Below are positions 19,107 to 28,980 of a stretch of DNA of 64,000 nucleotides, piece by piece. Origin of the DNA: an uncultured Acidobacteriota bacterium (GTDB taxonomy: Bacteria; Acidobacteriota; Blastocatellia; RBC074); NCBI GenBank assembly GCA_963796275.1, contig CAWCKY010000006.1, positions 288,001 to 352,000 of the forward strand, in the 5' to 3' direction. The first letter of the stretch is position 1. Every line of letters begins with the position of its first letter. Below the pieces are notes generated by a model. The model was not told the origin of the DNA, searched no databases, and saw nothing but the letters and a program-made list of their open reading frames with translations. The position numbers and the translations under genes are program-made.

Positions 19107-20501
19107 CACTGGTATCTACACATTTCCGACGGTTAGGAATAGCCTGGCACAATGAGCCGGGCCATCTGTTTAAGGTCATTGAGGTCATAATGTTCGAGCA
19201 ATTCAAGTGTCGACAAGAAACTCCAAAACCCAGCCAACAATGCTGGTGCAGTGGGTTGCCCACGCCGAACTTGTCGACCGCTCAATCGCACCAAGAGATT
19301 GCGCAGGGTGACCGTCTGCGGATCCGTTGCGCGTTGGATGTGCCAGACTACGACACAAGCCATGGCCACCACCAACAAACGTTTGGCAATCGCCTCAGCA
19401 GTTTCCTGCTGCCACTGGTCGACTTGGAAACCATGGCTTTTAAGCAACTTGAAGTAAGATTCAATTCTCCAGCGCCAGTAGTACCATTCGGCCAGTTGCT
19501 CAGCGCTGATGCCAGCCGGCACGTTACTGAGCAAGTACCATTCAGCCGCAATCGTTTCATCGGGCAAGCGCAGTTGACAGACAATCAAGCGCAGTTCGAG
19601 CGGCTCACCTTTGATCCATTGACGCTTGCCCCCGTCGCGCGCGCGGGGAAAGGCCGGACGATCAATGACGATGCTGGTTTCGCCCACAAACAGTTGCCCA
19701 ATGAGATTGGCCGAAATCTCTACCGCTTGGCTAGCGCGCAAGGCGACCTGTGCTGCGACCTGGCTCAACGGTTGTGTCCGCTCCTGCCAAACAACTCTCT
19801 GTTCCCCGTTGGCACGTACTTCAAACAGATGGCCTTCACTATTCCATTGACGATAGTGAAAGATCGAGTCGCCTTCCCGATCAATGATGTGGACCAGCGG
19901 CAACGACAGTTTTTGCTTCTGCGAAGCCCGCATTGTCTGGCTCACCAATCCCAGGGGCGACCAATCTCTGTGCCTCTCTTCATCAAGCGTTGTGTGCCAT
20001 CCATCATTGGCCCACAGCCCAAGGCTGATCGGCGCTATCGGCGCCCCGCTCTGGTCGCTCAGCAGCAACGTGGTCGCCAGTTTGTAGCCCAAGTCGCTGC
20101 CGATTTTTTTCCGATCCTTCTTGCTCGTGTGCGTTCCGTAGCGCAGATCAGACCAGTCGTGGATCGCCAGTCCATACCGTCGACAGACAAGCGGCATCTC
20201 CCGCCGAGCTTGTTCTACCAACGGTTCGACCAGCCCCGTCAGCTTCACATTGGGGTTGGCATAAAATCGCCAGGCCGCTTGCGTGCTGGCAAACGCTTCA
20301 TTAACGCTCGGCAGCGCACGCGATCCAGCAGCTTGATTCTCGCTTGTATGGAGATGTTCATTCACCAGCCTCTCATACCGTCTTTGCAAACGGGGGTCAA
20401 ATGGAGGTTTGAGGAGAAACATTCAAAGAGCATATTCTTCGGTAGGTTTGATTGCGATAACTCTTTGCAACCAAACGCAAAAACTTGTGTAGATACCAGT
20501 G
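19107..20501 (-). mobile_element. IS4-family (IS50-like) insertion sequence inserted in a REP palindrome
   Basis: Terminal IRs CACTGGTATCTACACA(TTT/AGT), flanked by direct repeat GGTTTCAACC (19097-19106, 20502-20511). The exact IR/TSD split is ambiguous because the target is palindromic. Confidence 0.88.
19133..20422 (-). CDS. IS4-family DDE transposase
   Basis: FDPRLQRR, AIHDWS, IIDREGD and YREK signature YYWRWRIESYFKLLK. Confidence 0.93.
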   Translation of the reverse strand: MFLLKPPFDPRLQRRYERLVNEHLHTSENQAAGSRALPSVNEAFASTQAAWRFYANPNVKLTGLVEPLVEQARREMPLVCRRYGLAIHDWSDLRYGTHTSKKDRKKIGSDLGYKLATTLLLSDQSGAPIAPISLGLWANDGWHTTLDEERHRDWSPLGLVSQTMRASQKQKLSLPLVHIIDREGDSIFHYRQWNSEGHLFEVRANGEQRVVWQERTQPLSQVAAQVALRASQAVEISANLIGQLFVGETSIVIDRPAFPRARDGGKRQWIKGEPLELRLIVCQLRLPDETIAAEWYLLSNVPAGISAEQLAEWYYWRWRIESYFKLLKSHGFQVDQWQQETAEAIAKRLLVVAMACVVVWHIQRATDPQTVTLRNLLVRLSGRQVRRGQPTAPALLAGFWSFLSTLELLEHYDLNDLKQMARLIVPGYS

Positions 20502-20557
20502 GGTTTCAACCCACGGTCGGTGTACAGTATTTTCCGCGTCGCGTCAGCGACGCTTGA

Positions 20558-20982
20558 ATTATCCCTCATCATCCAGTACAGCTCCTCATAAAGGATTGCG
20601 TCTGATGGTGCACACGTCGATTTTGAATGTAACTTGCGACCTTCGGCACATTCGATTTACTAATGCTAAATACGGTATATCCATCCTGGCAACAAAAATT
20701 CGGCATCAGGAAACTCTTCGCGGGATCTTCGCGGGATCCATTTTGACGAATCGACTTTGAGGTACCTGGCAATCTCAAACGGCGCGAGCGTAGGCGGAGC
20801 CGCAATCAATGCATGAAGATGGGCCTCGATGTGACCTATTTGGATTGGGCTCATCTTATGATAGCGTACGACACCGCCTAAATAAGACCATATGCGCTCT
20901 TCAATATTTGGATGGATGAATTCAACTCAATTTTTTCGTACTGAAACAATGTGATATACAAAGCAGTGTATGTGTTTGCTAT
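20558..20982 (-). pseudogene. tnpA: Decayed IS200/IS605-type Y1 HUH transposase (REP-associated, RAYT-like)
   Basis: Fragments across frames: ANTYTAL.., HI(V)FSTK, FIHPNIEERIWSYLGG, HLHALI (HUH), SSKWI, QDGYTVFSISKS, YIQN..HH. Start codon lost; an 11-bp internal duplication near 20717-20738. Confidence 0.82.
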
Positions 20983-21003
20983 GCCATAAGCCGTTCATCA
21001 AAT

Positions 21004-21810
21004 ATTCAAGCGTCGCTGACGCGACGCGACTTTTATCTCCATACTACCGTGGGTTAAAACCCACGGCTACAATCAATCGCCGCTAACGCGGCGAAGAATA
21101 TTGTTCACTCCATCGTACCACGTGGGTTAAAACCCACGGCTACAATCAATCGCCGCTAACGCGGCGAAGAATATTGTTCACTCCATCGTACCACGTGGGT
21201 TAAAACCCACGGCTACAATCAATCGCCGCTAAAGCGGCGAAGAATATTGTTCACTCCATCGTACCACGTGGGTTAAAACCCACGGCTACAATCAATCGCC
21301 GCTAAAGCGGCGAAGAATATTGCTTACTCCATGGTACCGCGTGGGTTAAAACCTGGTTAAAACCCACGGCTACAATCAATCGCCGCTAACGCGGCGAAGA
21401 ATATTGTTCACTCCATCGTACCACGTGGGTTAAAACCTGGTTAAAACATAAGGGTACAATCAATCGCCGCTAACGCGGCGAAGAATATTGTTCACTCCAT
21501 CGTACCACGTGGGTTAAAACCCACGGCTACAATCAATCGCCGCTAAAGCGGCGAAGAATATTGTTCACTCCATCGTACCACGTGGGTTAAAACCTGGTTA
21601 AACATGGGTACAATCAATCGCCGCTAAAGCGGCGAAGAATATTGTTCACTCCATCGTACCACGTGGGTTAAAACCTGGTTAAAACATAAGGGTACAATCA
21701 ATCGCCGCTAACGCGGCGAAGAATATTGCTTACTCCATGGTACCGCGTGGGTTAAAACCTGGTTGAAACCCCGGCAAATTTCGCGCCGTCGCTAGGCGGC
21801 GAAGAAAATG
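21004..21810 (-). repeat. Tandem array of 9 (+1 degenerate) 73-84-bp GTAG-REP units
   Basis: Unit CGTGGGTTAAAACCCACGGCTACAATCAATCGCCGCTAACGCGGCGAAGAATATTGTTCACTCCATCGTACCA. The minus strand reads GTAG + palindrome CCGTGGGTT-TT-AACCCACGG; some units carry an 11-bp duplication CTGGTTAAAAC. Confidence 0.95.
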
Positions 21811-21864
21811 TGTTCTTGTGTGACAGTATCTGGGTAATGATCTCTCGCGATTTGCGATCATTGC

Positions 21865-22195
21865 GTTTCGCCCTGGTAAGGGCGGTAGATAATAGCCGTT
21901 GGTGGAGCATAGGCGAAACCGCCGGTAACTGAGTTCTCTCACATCGCACCCCGGCAGGGGGGCTGGATGGGGTACTGAGGTGCAGATTCTTCTTTTCGTC
22001 GTTCCTGATCCGGCGCACCTGCCGGGGCACAAAGATAATGACGACGGTCGGTCCGGTGGTTACGTTATGCTTCACCCGGCTAAAATCCGCTACGGCTCTG
22101 GCGCAAAACCGAAATTATGGGTGGTGACAAGGGGTCAAAACCTGGTTGAAACCCATAGCAAATTTCACGCCGGCGCTATGCGACAAAGAAACTGG
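21865..22195. repeat. Second REP-like palindromic element family plus a degenerate REP
   Basis: GATAATAGCCGTTGGTGGAGC..AACCGCCGGTAACTGAG is shared with about 18528-18573 and about 17905-17945; CCCCGGCAGG/CCTGCCGGGG inverted pair. Confidence 0.6.
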
Positions 22196-22204
22196 CTACC
22201 TTCG

Positions 22205-23299
22205 TCAGAATTGCAGACACCATTCCCCCTCCAACCTCGAGAGGAAGGCGTCGCCTCGCTGGATAGCGTGGAGCACTTCGAAATTTTTCGAATGGATCAA
22301 TGTCCAACCGCTGAACCGGTCGAACCAGCAGTATTTATCGCTCAATTCCTGGATGTATTGCGCCTCGAGTCGGCCAATCAACGCCGTTGCTCCGTGCCGT
22401 CGCGCATGTTCAAAGAGATGATCGAGAATTTCATCGAAGGAATTCTTCCTGGCGGCGATCTGTATAACTGTGCTTGTACCACCTGACTTGAGGTAGTACA
22501 GATACCATCCTATAACTTCACCACTCGGTTCGCGAACCAGAATGCTCTGTAAAGTGCCGAATAAATGCATCTGCCGGGCATGATTTAAGACCCATTGCAG
22601 GGAATGGTTGTCATATACCGGTTGAATCGCCCGGTTGCCGGCCATCTGCGGCAAGTAAGCGAGCAAAGTCCTGGCATCCAACTCTTCCTCCGAATGCTCC
22701 GAATTCAACCTAGGGTAATATTTAGGCACGAGCTTTGTGGTGCCGCCATCTATAAGACGACAGAGCGGTGTCAGCACAGATGTCAGGGTCGCAAATGATG
22801 TTCGTTCGCCAAGCTGGGTAACTACAAATTGGCTGGGCTTCAATAACCTGGTCCATCGCTGGCTATAGAGATAAGTCGTCATCCCTCCCACACCTTCCCA
22901 GACTGTGCGACCGACCTTTCCGGCGCCGTCGGTTAAAGAGAGGTCCTGCGGGCCGGCGAAGAATGCCTTCAGCAACTGGATACCGGCTAGACTTGTCCGG
23001 CTTTCCGGCTCGACCATAAAATGAAGGCTGATTGCCATGCGGATAGGGTGATGCCGTAGTAACATCGGGCGGGGAGTGACTCCCAGGAATCCGATAATTT
23101 TGCCGCTGGCGCTCTCATAGACCAATGATGTTATCTCTTCGTCGTACCAGGGATTGTGGAAAAATATCTGCTCGAAATAGTCCGGCAGCAAATCGCGGGA
23201 TTGCAGTCGCATACCTTCCTTATTTCTGAGCAGGAGACGCTGAAACATATCAACGACCTGCGGTATATCATCTTTTGAAAAGGGCCGAATGGGTTTCAT
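22205..23299 (-). CDS. GNAT-like N-acyltransferase
   Basis: MKPIRPFSKDDIPQV..., GKIIGFLGV, FMVEPESR..AGIQLLKAF; start reassigned to 23299. Confidence 0.7.
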   Translation of the reverse strand: MKPIRPFSKDDIPQVVDMFQRLLLRNKEGMRLQSRDLLPDYFEQIFFHNPWYDEEITSLVYESASGKIIGFLGVTPRPMLLRHHPIRMAISLHFMVEPESRTSLAGIQLLKAFFAGPQDLSLTDGAGKVGRTVWEGVGGMTTYLYSQRWTRLLKPSQFVVTQLGERTSFATLTSVLTPLCRLIDGGTTKLVPKYYPRLNSEHSEEELDARTLLAYLPQMAGNRAIQPVYDNHSLQWVLNHARQMHLFGTLQSILVREPSGEVIGWYLYYLKSGGTSTVIQIAARKNSFDEILDHLFEHARRHGATALIGRLEAQYIQELSDKYCWFDRFSGWTLIHSKNFEVLHAIQRGDAFLSRLEGEWCLQF

Positions 23300-23446
23300 T
23301 CCCGCAGTTTCATTTATTTCGTATTCTGAAATTCGTTTCTTCCCGTTAACGCTCTCAACCAAAATATACGTTTCATCGTATTTTGTTTCGGGATTTCCAC
23401 GGTGGCAGTTAAACCTGCAGCGAATAAGCAAAACTCGTGGCTCACA

Positions 23447-24493
23447 TCAGTCCACCACCACTCGTTTCCCCCTATGCCTGATCACCGATTCGATGCCCAT
23501 AAGTTTCTGCTGGAACACGGAGATCGTATCTCCACAGCCTATCGTAATGCGGGGAAGCGAGTGAAGAAATTTTCGATGCTTTGCGTGAAGGTGGCCGAAT
23601 CTCGTGGTGAAGGCCGATCGGAATCCGACCTCGCGCGCCACTTCGAATTCCCGGTGGCAGACCTGAGTGTCGCCTCCGAATGGATAAGCGAGGTGGTCGA
23701 CGGAATGTCCGAGGCGTCTCTCGAGTATCTCCTTCCCTCCGGCTAGTTCGGCCCATACTCCTTGGGCAGTTAAACAGCTCAACACCGGATGGTTCTTCGT
23801 GTGAGCGCCTATCGTTATCAATGGATGACTGCTGAGCTCGATCAACTCATCCCACGAGAGGAACATCGATTCGGATGTGGATGTGCTCGGGCAGAGATTG
23901 CGAAGCTTCTCCATGAAAGCGTTCTGGTCGTCGGGGCTCATCTCCTTGAAGAGGATATATAGCTCGCTGAACGCCGAAAATGTTTGAGCGGGAGTCTCGA
24001 GCTTCCAGGAGAACAATCTCCCTTTCCAGGAAATTTCTGCGGCATCGAGCTTCCTCAGAATAGCATCCAGCTCGTACCACCACGGCACACAGGTTCCATC
24101 GATGAATCCGGTGGTGACGAAGATAGTTGCCGGAACGCCGTATCGCTCGAGGACCGGAAGAGCGTGAACGAGATTGTCGTGATATCCATCGTCGAAGGTA
24201 ACAACGATGGTTCTGTTCGAAAGCGTGCCTTCAGCAAGCCTCTCGACGGCGTCCGGAAGTGCGACACAATCATAATGCTTACTGATATAGACAATCTGTC
24301 GCTCGAACTCCTTTACGGGAACAGCAAGGCTGATGTATGGACTGAGCAATAACGGTCCATTCGTTTCAGTGGTTACCCGATGATAGAGGAGGCAACTGCC
24401 AAAGCCTGTGTAGAAGCGTTGGAGAAACCGAAAAGAAGAATGCGCGAGTGTTGCACGAACTCCATTCTTTAACTTCGACAAGTTGAATCTCAT
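23447..24493 (-). CDS. Polysaccharide deacetylase (CE4/NodB)
   Basis: LLYHRV, VTFDDGY, ATIFVTTG, IGAHTKNHP, LAYPFG. Confidence 0.92.
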   Translation of the reverse strand: MRFNLSKLKNGVRATLAHSSFRFLQRFYTGFGSCLLYHRVTTETNGPLLLSPYISLAVPVKEFERQIVYISKHYDCVALPDAVERLAEGTLSNRTIVVTFDDGYHDNLVHALPVLERYGVPATIFVTTGFIDGTCVPWWYELDAILRKLDAAEISWKGRLFSWKLETPAQTFSAFSELYILFKEMSPDDQNAFMEKLRNLCPSTSTSESMFLSWDELIELSSHPLITIGAHTKNHPVLSCLTAQGVWAELAGGKEILERRLGHSVDHLAYPFGGDTQVCHREFEVAREVGFRSAFTTRFGHLHAKHRKFLHSLPRITIGCGDTISVFQQKLMGIESVIRHRGKRVVVD

Positions 24494-24561
24494 GAACTAT
24501 GTGATAAGGCGACACTATTGATAATTTGAAGAATATTCTGCCCCCATCCCGGTGCCATTCT

Positions 24562-24651
24562 TCACAAAACCGCAAAAATCGATGCGTCGTTAATCTGACC
24601 CTCGTCAAGGGACGCATAACCCGATAGCGTTGAATAGCGAACTTTGCTCAT
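24562..24651 (-). CDS. Small ORF (29 aa) with strong RBS
   Basis: AGAGGAGAG-N6-ATG, MSKVRYSTLSGYASLDEGQINDASIFAVL. Confidence 0.3.
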   Translation of the reverse strand: MSKVRYSTLSGYASLDEGQINDASIFAVL

Positions 24652-24849
24652 AGAATACTCTCCTCTAGATTTATCCTGGTGCGTCCATCGTTTGGCTGCG
24701 GAGGGTTGCCTTGGATATGTTGGGATAAATAGTAACTGATAACATCTCACATTAGGTTGGGACGCGACTGAGAATATTCGCAAATGCGGCTAATGCAAGA
24801 ATCAATATGTCCGTAAGGTTTACACATTTTATACTTATGCTGATGTCAA

Positions 24850-25485
24850 TTCAATCTCATCGAAGCCACAACCGATGTCGGCGTTTTCCTTGAACTATCC
24901 GGAACGCTCAAGGGCACGGCGATGAAGCTGTCCAAGATATGCAACGACCTACGGTTGTTGTGCTCAGGTCCTCAAGCGGGCTTCAACGAGATCAATCTGC
25001 CAGTGCGCCAAGCCGGTTCAAGCATCATGCCGGGCAAGGTAAACCCCGTTATTCCTGAGGTCGTCAACGAGGTCGCTTTTGCGGTCGCAGGTCACGATGT
25101 GACGATTGCCATGGCGGCTGAAGCCGGCCAGCTCCAGCTCAATGCCTTCGTGCCGGTGATCGCCCACGCCCTGTTTGAGAGCCTCAAGTGGATGACCGCA
25201 GCAATCGCGACGCTGCGCGTCAATTGCGTCAAAGGAATTACCGCCAACACGCATCGCCTTGCCGGACAGGTCAGTTCCTTCGTCGGGGTGATCACCGCAC
25301 TCATCCCGCATATCGGCTATGGACCAGCCAGCGAACTGGCCAGGGAAGCATTGGCAACCAATGCCGATATCACGGATCTCGTGGTGAGGTCAGGCATCTT
25401 TACGCGGGAGCAGGTGACGGCGATGTTGTCCCCGGAGAATCTCACGAGCAATCGAACGCATACGCATAGAGCTCGAAGAGAATGA
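24850..25485 (+). pseudogene. aspA: Aspartate ammonia-lyase, 3' fragment
   Basis: NLIEATTDVG...KLSKICNDLRLLCSGP, GSSIMPGKVNPVIPE signature, GQLQLN; N-terminal half absent (in-frame stop at 24841). Confidence 0.85.
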
Positions 25486-25627
25486 GATCGAAAAATCTTC
25501 ACCTCATCTCAAGCACGCGCCAAGCGGAAATGGGAGTGCTTTTTTGTTACTCAGCACGTGTTTTACAAGCTTCTCAGAAGGCCCTGTTGGGGCTTCAGGT
25601 GGAATAACTCATTTTTGGAATAGGCTC

Positions 25628-27451
25628 TCAGTCCCAGCTGAACCGGTCGATGAGGACTGGCGGATCTTCTCCCACCGGGTCATCCTTGCCGATCACGAAG
25701 CCTTCGATCTTGCCTCCCGGGTGTACGCAGAGGCGGACGAAGTGGCGGTAACCCGGGTGGCCCAGTGCTGCAAATCCCTGCTGATGTTCGAGGCCGGTAA
25801 GCATCAGCACGAGCAGGAACACGCCCAGGGCTAGACTCCCGAACACGGCAGACGCCAAAACCACTACCCAAAAGTCGCTCGGCCAGGGCAGGGGTATGAT
25901 GCGCGACAGGAAGAAGTGAAGCCCCAGCGGGGCGATCCCAAGGATCAGACCGAAGATACTCGAAGTTGCCCAGGTCGCCACCGGGCGCTCGAGTCGGGCG
26001 CGCACGGCAAAGCTGGCTGCGACGGTGGCAAAAAGGGTGATAGCGGTAGCAGCCACGCTGCCCCAAATCGGTCCCTGCCGGAGAGCATAGAGCTCAAGGG
26101 CGGCGAGCAGGGCGAACATGCCGTGGGGCAGGAAGCCTGCTGTCCCTGCCGCGAGTCGCAACGGCATTCCCAGAGCCAACCGAAGACTGGTTTTCCGATC
26201 TGGATAAACACATTGGGGCGGTGGGCCGCTCGCATATGGAGGGATGCGGGTTCCGTGGACGAAAGCTCCACCGCCGCCGGCGATGACGTGCATCGAGCGG
26301 CCCACCGCGAGCCGTTCGTAGTGGTGGGCGTCTCCGGTCAGGTAGAGCAGCTTATCCGAGTCGAGCGAAAAGTGGCAGGCCTCGAGAGTCTGCATGCCCG
26401 GTTCGTACGGCTCGTCATAGGCCAGCGCCGGATCGGGCGCCACGAAGATCAACTTGTGCGGCTGGGCTTCGTTACGGCGCTGAGCGAAGAAGACGCGCTG
26501 GCGGAAATCGGCGGTGCGAAGGTGGCGGTCGACACCCCAGAGATCCAGGCCCGGCGCGAGAGCCAGGGCCCAGTAGGATGCCTCTTGAACCGCCTTGTAA
26601 CCCTTGAGCGTCAGCCTGCCCGCTCGCTTCACGGTGGAGCGGAGCAGGAATGCCGCTACGGATTCGGCGGCCTCCTCTATCAGGTGCAGAGATTCGCTGA
26701 GCTCATCGACATGCAGCAGGCGCTGGAGGTTGCCTTCGACACGCCCGGAGGACAGATCGCCGCTTGCGGGAGCTGATCCTCCGTTCCCGGTCGCCGGCTC
26801 GTCTATATCTTCGAGAGGGTTCCTCCGGAAGAGTCGCCCGAAGCCGTCCAGCCCGTCGTACCAGTCGTGGTTGCCCGGGATCCCGAGCAGCACGCGGCGG
26901 CGGCCATCCTCCGCTGCCTCATACAGGGCGGTGTTCCAGGGGCGGAGCAGGCGGCGCTGCATCTCCATCACGGATGAATCCGGGTAGGCGACGTCGCCTC
27001 CGAAGACGAGCAGATCGCCCCGCGGCAGGGTGCGGGGTTGATCTCCCGCAAGCGCGTACTCAGCGAAGATCATGCGTCCCACGGCCAGACTAACGTCATG
27101 GTCGTCGCCGGTGTCGGCCACGAAGTCGATCCAGACCTCGCGACCCAGGCGCTCGGTCAGGCTGCCTCCGGATGTCGAAGCGCCGAGGACCTGACCCACC
27201 CGGTTGAGGAGGCCGGCCGCCTCTTCCGGCTGCATCCAATCGCGCGTGTCGAGGTCATTGCTCGCTGCCGCCACGGCCACCAGGTGTTTAAGGTGGCCGA
27301 CCAGGGCCGTCATGCCGAACCAGCGGATCGCGACAGGCGCATGCGCTCCGCGGTGAATGCGGCCGAAGCCATTTGGCTCTCGCCGGGGCTCGAGCGGCTG
27401 GACGTTCGAATCTGGCTTCACTTCCTGTTTGTCGTCTGTAAGCTGGTTCAA
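25628..27451 (-). CDS. Metallophosphoesterase with C-terminal membrane region
   Basis: DFVADTGD, GGDVAY, PGNHDWYD, GDAHHY, then four TM segments. Confidence 0.82.
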   Translation of the reverse strand: MNQLTDDKQEVKPDSNVQPLEPRREPNGFGRIHRGAHAPVAIRWFGMTALVGHLKHLVAVAAASNDLDTRDWMQPEEAAGLLNRVGQVLGASTSGGSLTERLGREVWIDFVADTGDDHDVSLAVGRMIFAEYALAGDQPRTLPRGDLLVFGGDVAYPDSSVMEMQRRLLRPWNTALYEAAEDGRRRVLLGIPGNHDWYDGLDGFGRLFRRNPLEDIDEPATGNGGSAPASGDLSSGRVEGNLQRLLHVDELSESLHLIEEAAESVAAFLLRSTVKRAGRLTLKGYKAVQEASYWALALAPGLDLWGVDRHLRTADFRQRVFFAQRRNEAQPHKLIFVAPDPALAYDEPYEPGMQTLEACHFSLDSDKLLYLTGDAHHYERLAVGRSMHVIAGGGGAFVHGTRIPPYASGPPPQCVYPDRKTSLRLALGMPLRLAAGTAGFLPHGMFALLAALELYALRQGPIWGSVAATAITLFATVAASFAVRARLERPVATWATSSIFGLILGIAPLGLHFFLSRIIPLPWPSDFWVVVLASAVFGSLALGVFLLVLMLTGLEHQQGFAALGHPGYRHFVRLCVHPGGKIEGFVIGKDDPVGEDPPVLIDRFSWD

Positions 27452-27480
27452 AATGGGTGAATTACGCTTTCGTCAAAGAG

Positions 27481-28116
27481 CTATTTGGTGTCCACCGGAA
27501 TCGACGCGGGTTTTTCAAGCCGGAATTCGATTAAAGATGCGCTCGGGATTGAAAGCTCACCTGACAGATTCCCTGCAGAGACAGCAGCCGTTCCCGCTGC
27601 AATACCAGCCCCAGCCGCCCTTCCTATACCGACTGCGCCACCAAGCAACGCACCCAAGCCGACCCCAGCGACTACCTTTGCCTTTTCACCTTTTGTCCTT
27701 CCTGTATTTCTTAAACCTCGTGAACGCACATCAAAAGTGTCGGTATCGATCGGAAACGGTGTCCCGCCGATCAAAATATCGGTCAATTCCAGCACCAGTC
27801 TTGAACCACCCGTCGCCTGGCCGCCCATCATGGCAGTCGTCAGCTTGCCGTGAACAATTGTCTCCCTGGTCGCGACGATCACATCATCGACCAGGATATT
27901 GGTTTCGAGTACCCCTCCAAATAGTTGCCCGGCTCGCTGTTGACTCGGATCCAGGGGGTCAATCGTTCGTATCAGGATTCGTGTTCCCTCGGGAATAGTC
28001 ACTTTCCTGACGCGTTGAACCGTAGCCTGTCCCCCCGAAGACGCGGTGGGTGAATTCACCGGCACGGCAGTGATGCCGGTCACTAGTGCGATTGCCAAAA
28101 CGATACTTTGTTTCAT
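27481..28116 (-). CDS. Secreted hypothetical protein with glycine-zipper segment
   Basis: Signal peptide, TIPEGTRI, GVGLGALLGGAVG; GGAGA RBS. Confidence 0.75.
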   Translation of the reverse strand: MKQSIVLAIALVTGITAVPVNSPTASSGGQATVQRVRKVTIPEGTRILIRTIDPLDPSQQRAGQLFGGVLETNILVDDVIVATRETIVHGKLTTAMMGGQATGGSRLVLELTDILIGGTPFPIDTDTFDVRSRGLRNTGRTKGEKAKVVAGVGLGALLGGAVGIGRAAGAGIAAGTAAVSAGNLSGELSIPSASLIEFRLEKPASIPVDTK

Positions 28117-28151
28117 GTCGATGTCTCCTTCCGGAAGATCACTCCTTGTCC

Positions 28152-28686
28152 CTAAATGGGCAAAGGCGCTAGTAACTGCAAGTCAATAAGCAGGAGCAAT
28201 TGGTGCTCAATCTCAACGAACCGTGCGGCTGTGACGGCGCCCAGCGCCTGCTTGAACCGCTCATAGTATCGGTCGAGCAACTCGAGCTGTTGTCTTCGAT
28301 GATCTATAGCTCCCTTAATCACGCGATTCGCCTTATCGTCGGTTATCTGTGAGTACTCGCCGGCATAAAATTTTACGTTGGCACGCATCGGATTCATGGA
28401 GTTTGAACAGTTCGGCATTGTATTCGTCGAAAATCGGCCAGAATTTCGCCGCTTCAGCCGCATCGAGTTGCAAAACCGCTCCCATCAGCTGAGCCTTTTC
28501 CTCCCACACATCCTCGCGCAACAGCTGGATGTATGCTTCAATATTCATCTTATCCGTATCGGTTGCCGCAGAAGCCGCGGCTTGCCCGCTCGGCTCTTGT
28601 GTGGACGGTTTCACTTGCGCCAGAAGCACGAGGCACGAGGCGAAGATCATGCTAAGAAGTACCCAAACTAGCATTCGAGTTTTCAT
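28152..28686 (-). pseudogene. Secreted helical hypothetical protein, frameshifted near 28390
   Basis: ORF 28333-28686 (GGAGG RBS, signal, EAAKFWPIFDEY) continues in ORF 28152-28463 (YSQITDDKA...AARFVEIE). Confidence 0.7.
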
Positions 28687-28799
28687 TGTTATTACCTCCT
28701 CAAATGAGAACGGACAATTCGTTTATAGCCCGCCGGTAATCTCGAAGGCCTAAAACGATACAATCCTTCTCAATCTCCGATCGCTGAAGATAGCAGGCG

Positions 28800-28854
28800 G
28801 GCATAACCATTGATATCAGGAATACTATGTACGATTGATAGGATTTCTACTGAG
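28800..28854 (-). promoter_or_regulatory. Conserved promoter cassette, copy 1
   Basis: GGCATAACCATTGATATC...ACTATGTA...GGATTTCTACTGAG, same spacing as 31751-31805. Confidence 0.65.
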
Positions 28855-28980
28855 GCATATATAAGGGCTCAGGACCTCGATCCGTAATCACAGTCGTTAG
28901 TTCCGAAGATGTACTGCTTACCTCGCGCGCTAATTTGGTTTACCTATGAGAGTCCATTTGTTCGGGATTGGTCATGATTA

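Noticed and set aside
19082-20557. 491-aa plus-strand ORF
   Set aside because: Antisense shadow of the IS4 transposase, with no recognisable motifs.
21047-21810. CRISPR array
   Set aside because: Whole units, including the would-be spacers, are near-identical; the unit is a GTAG-REP and no cas genes are present.
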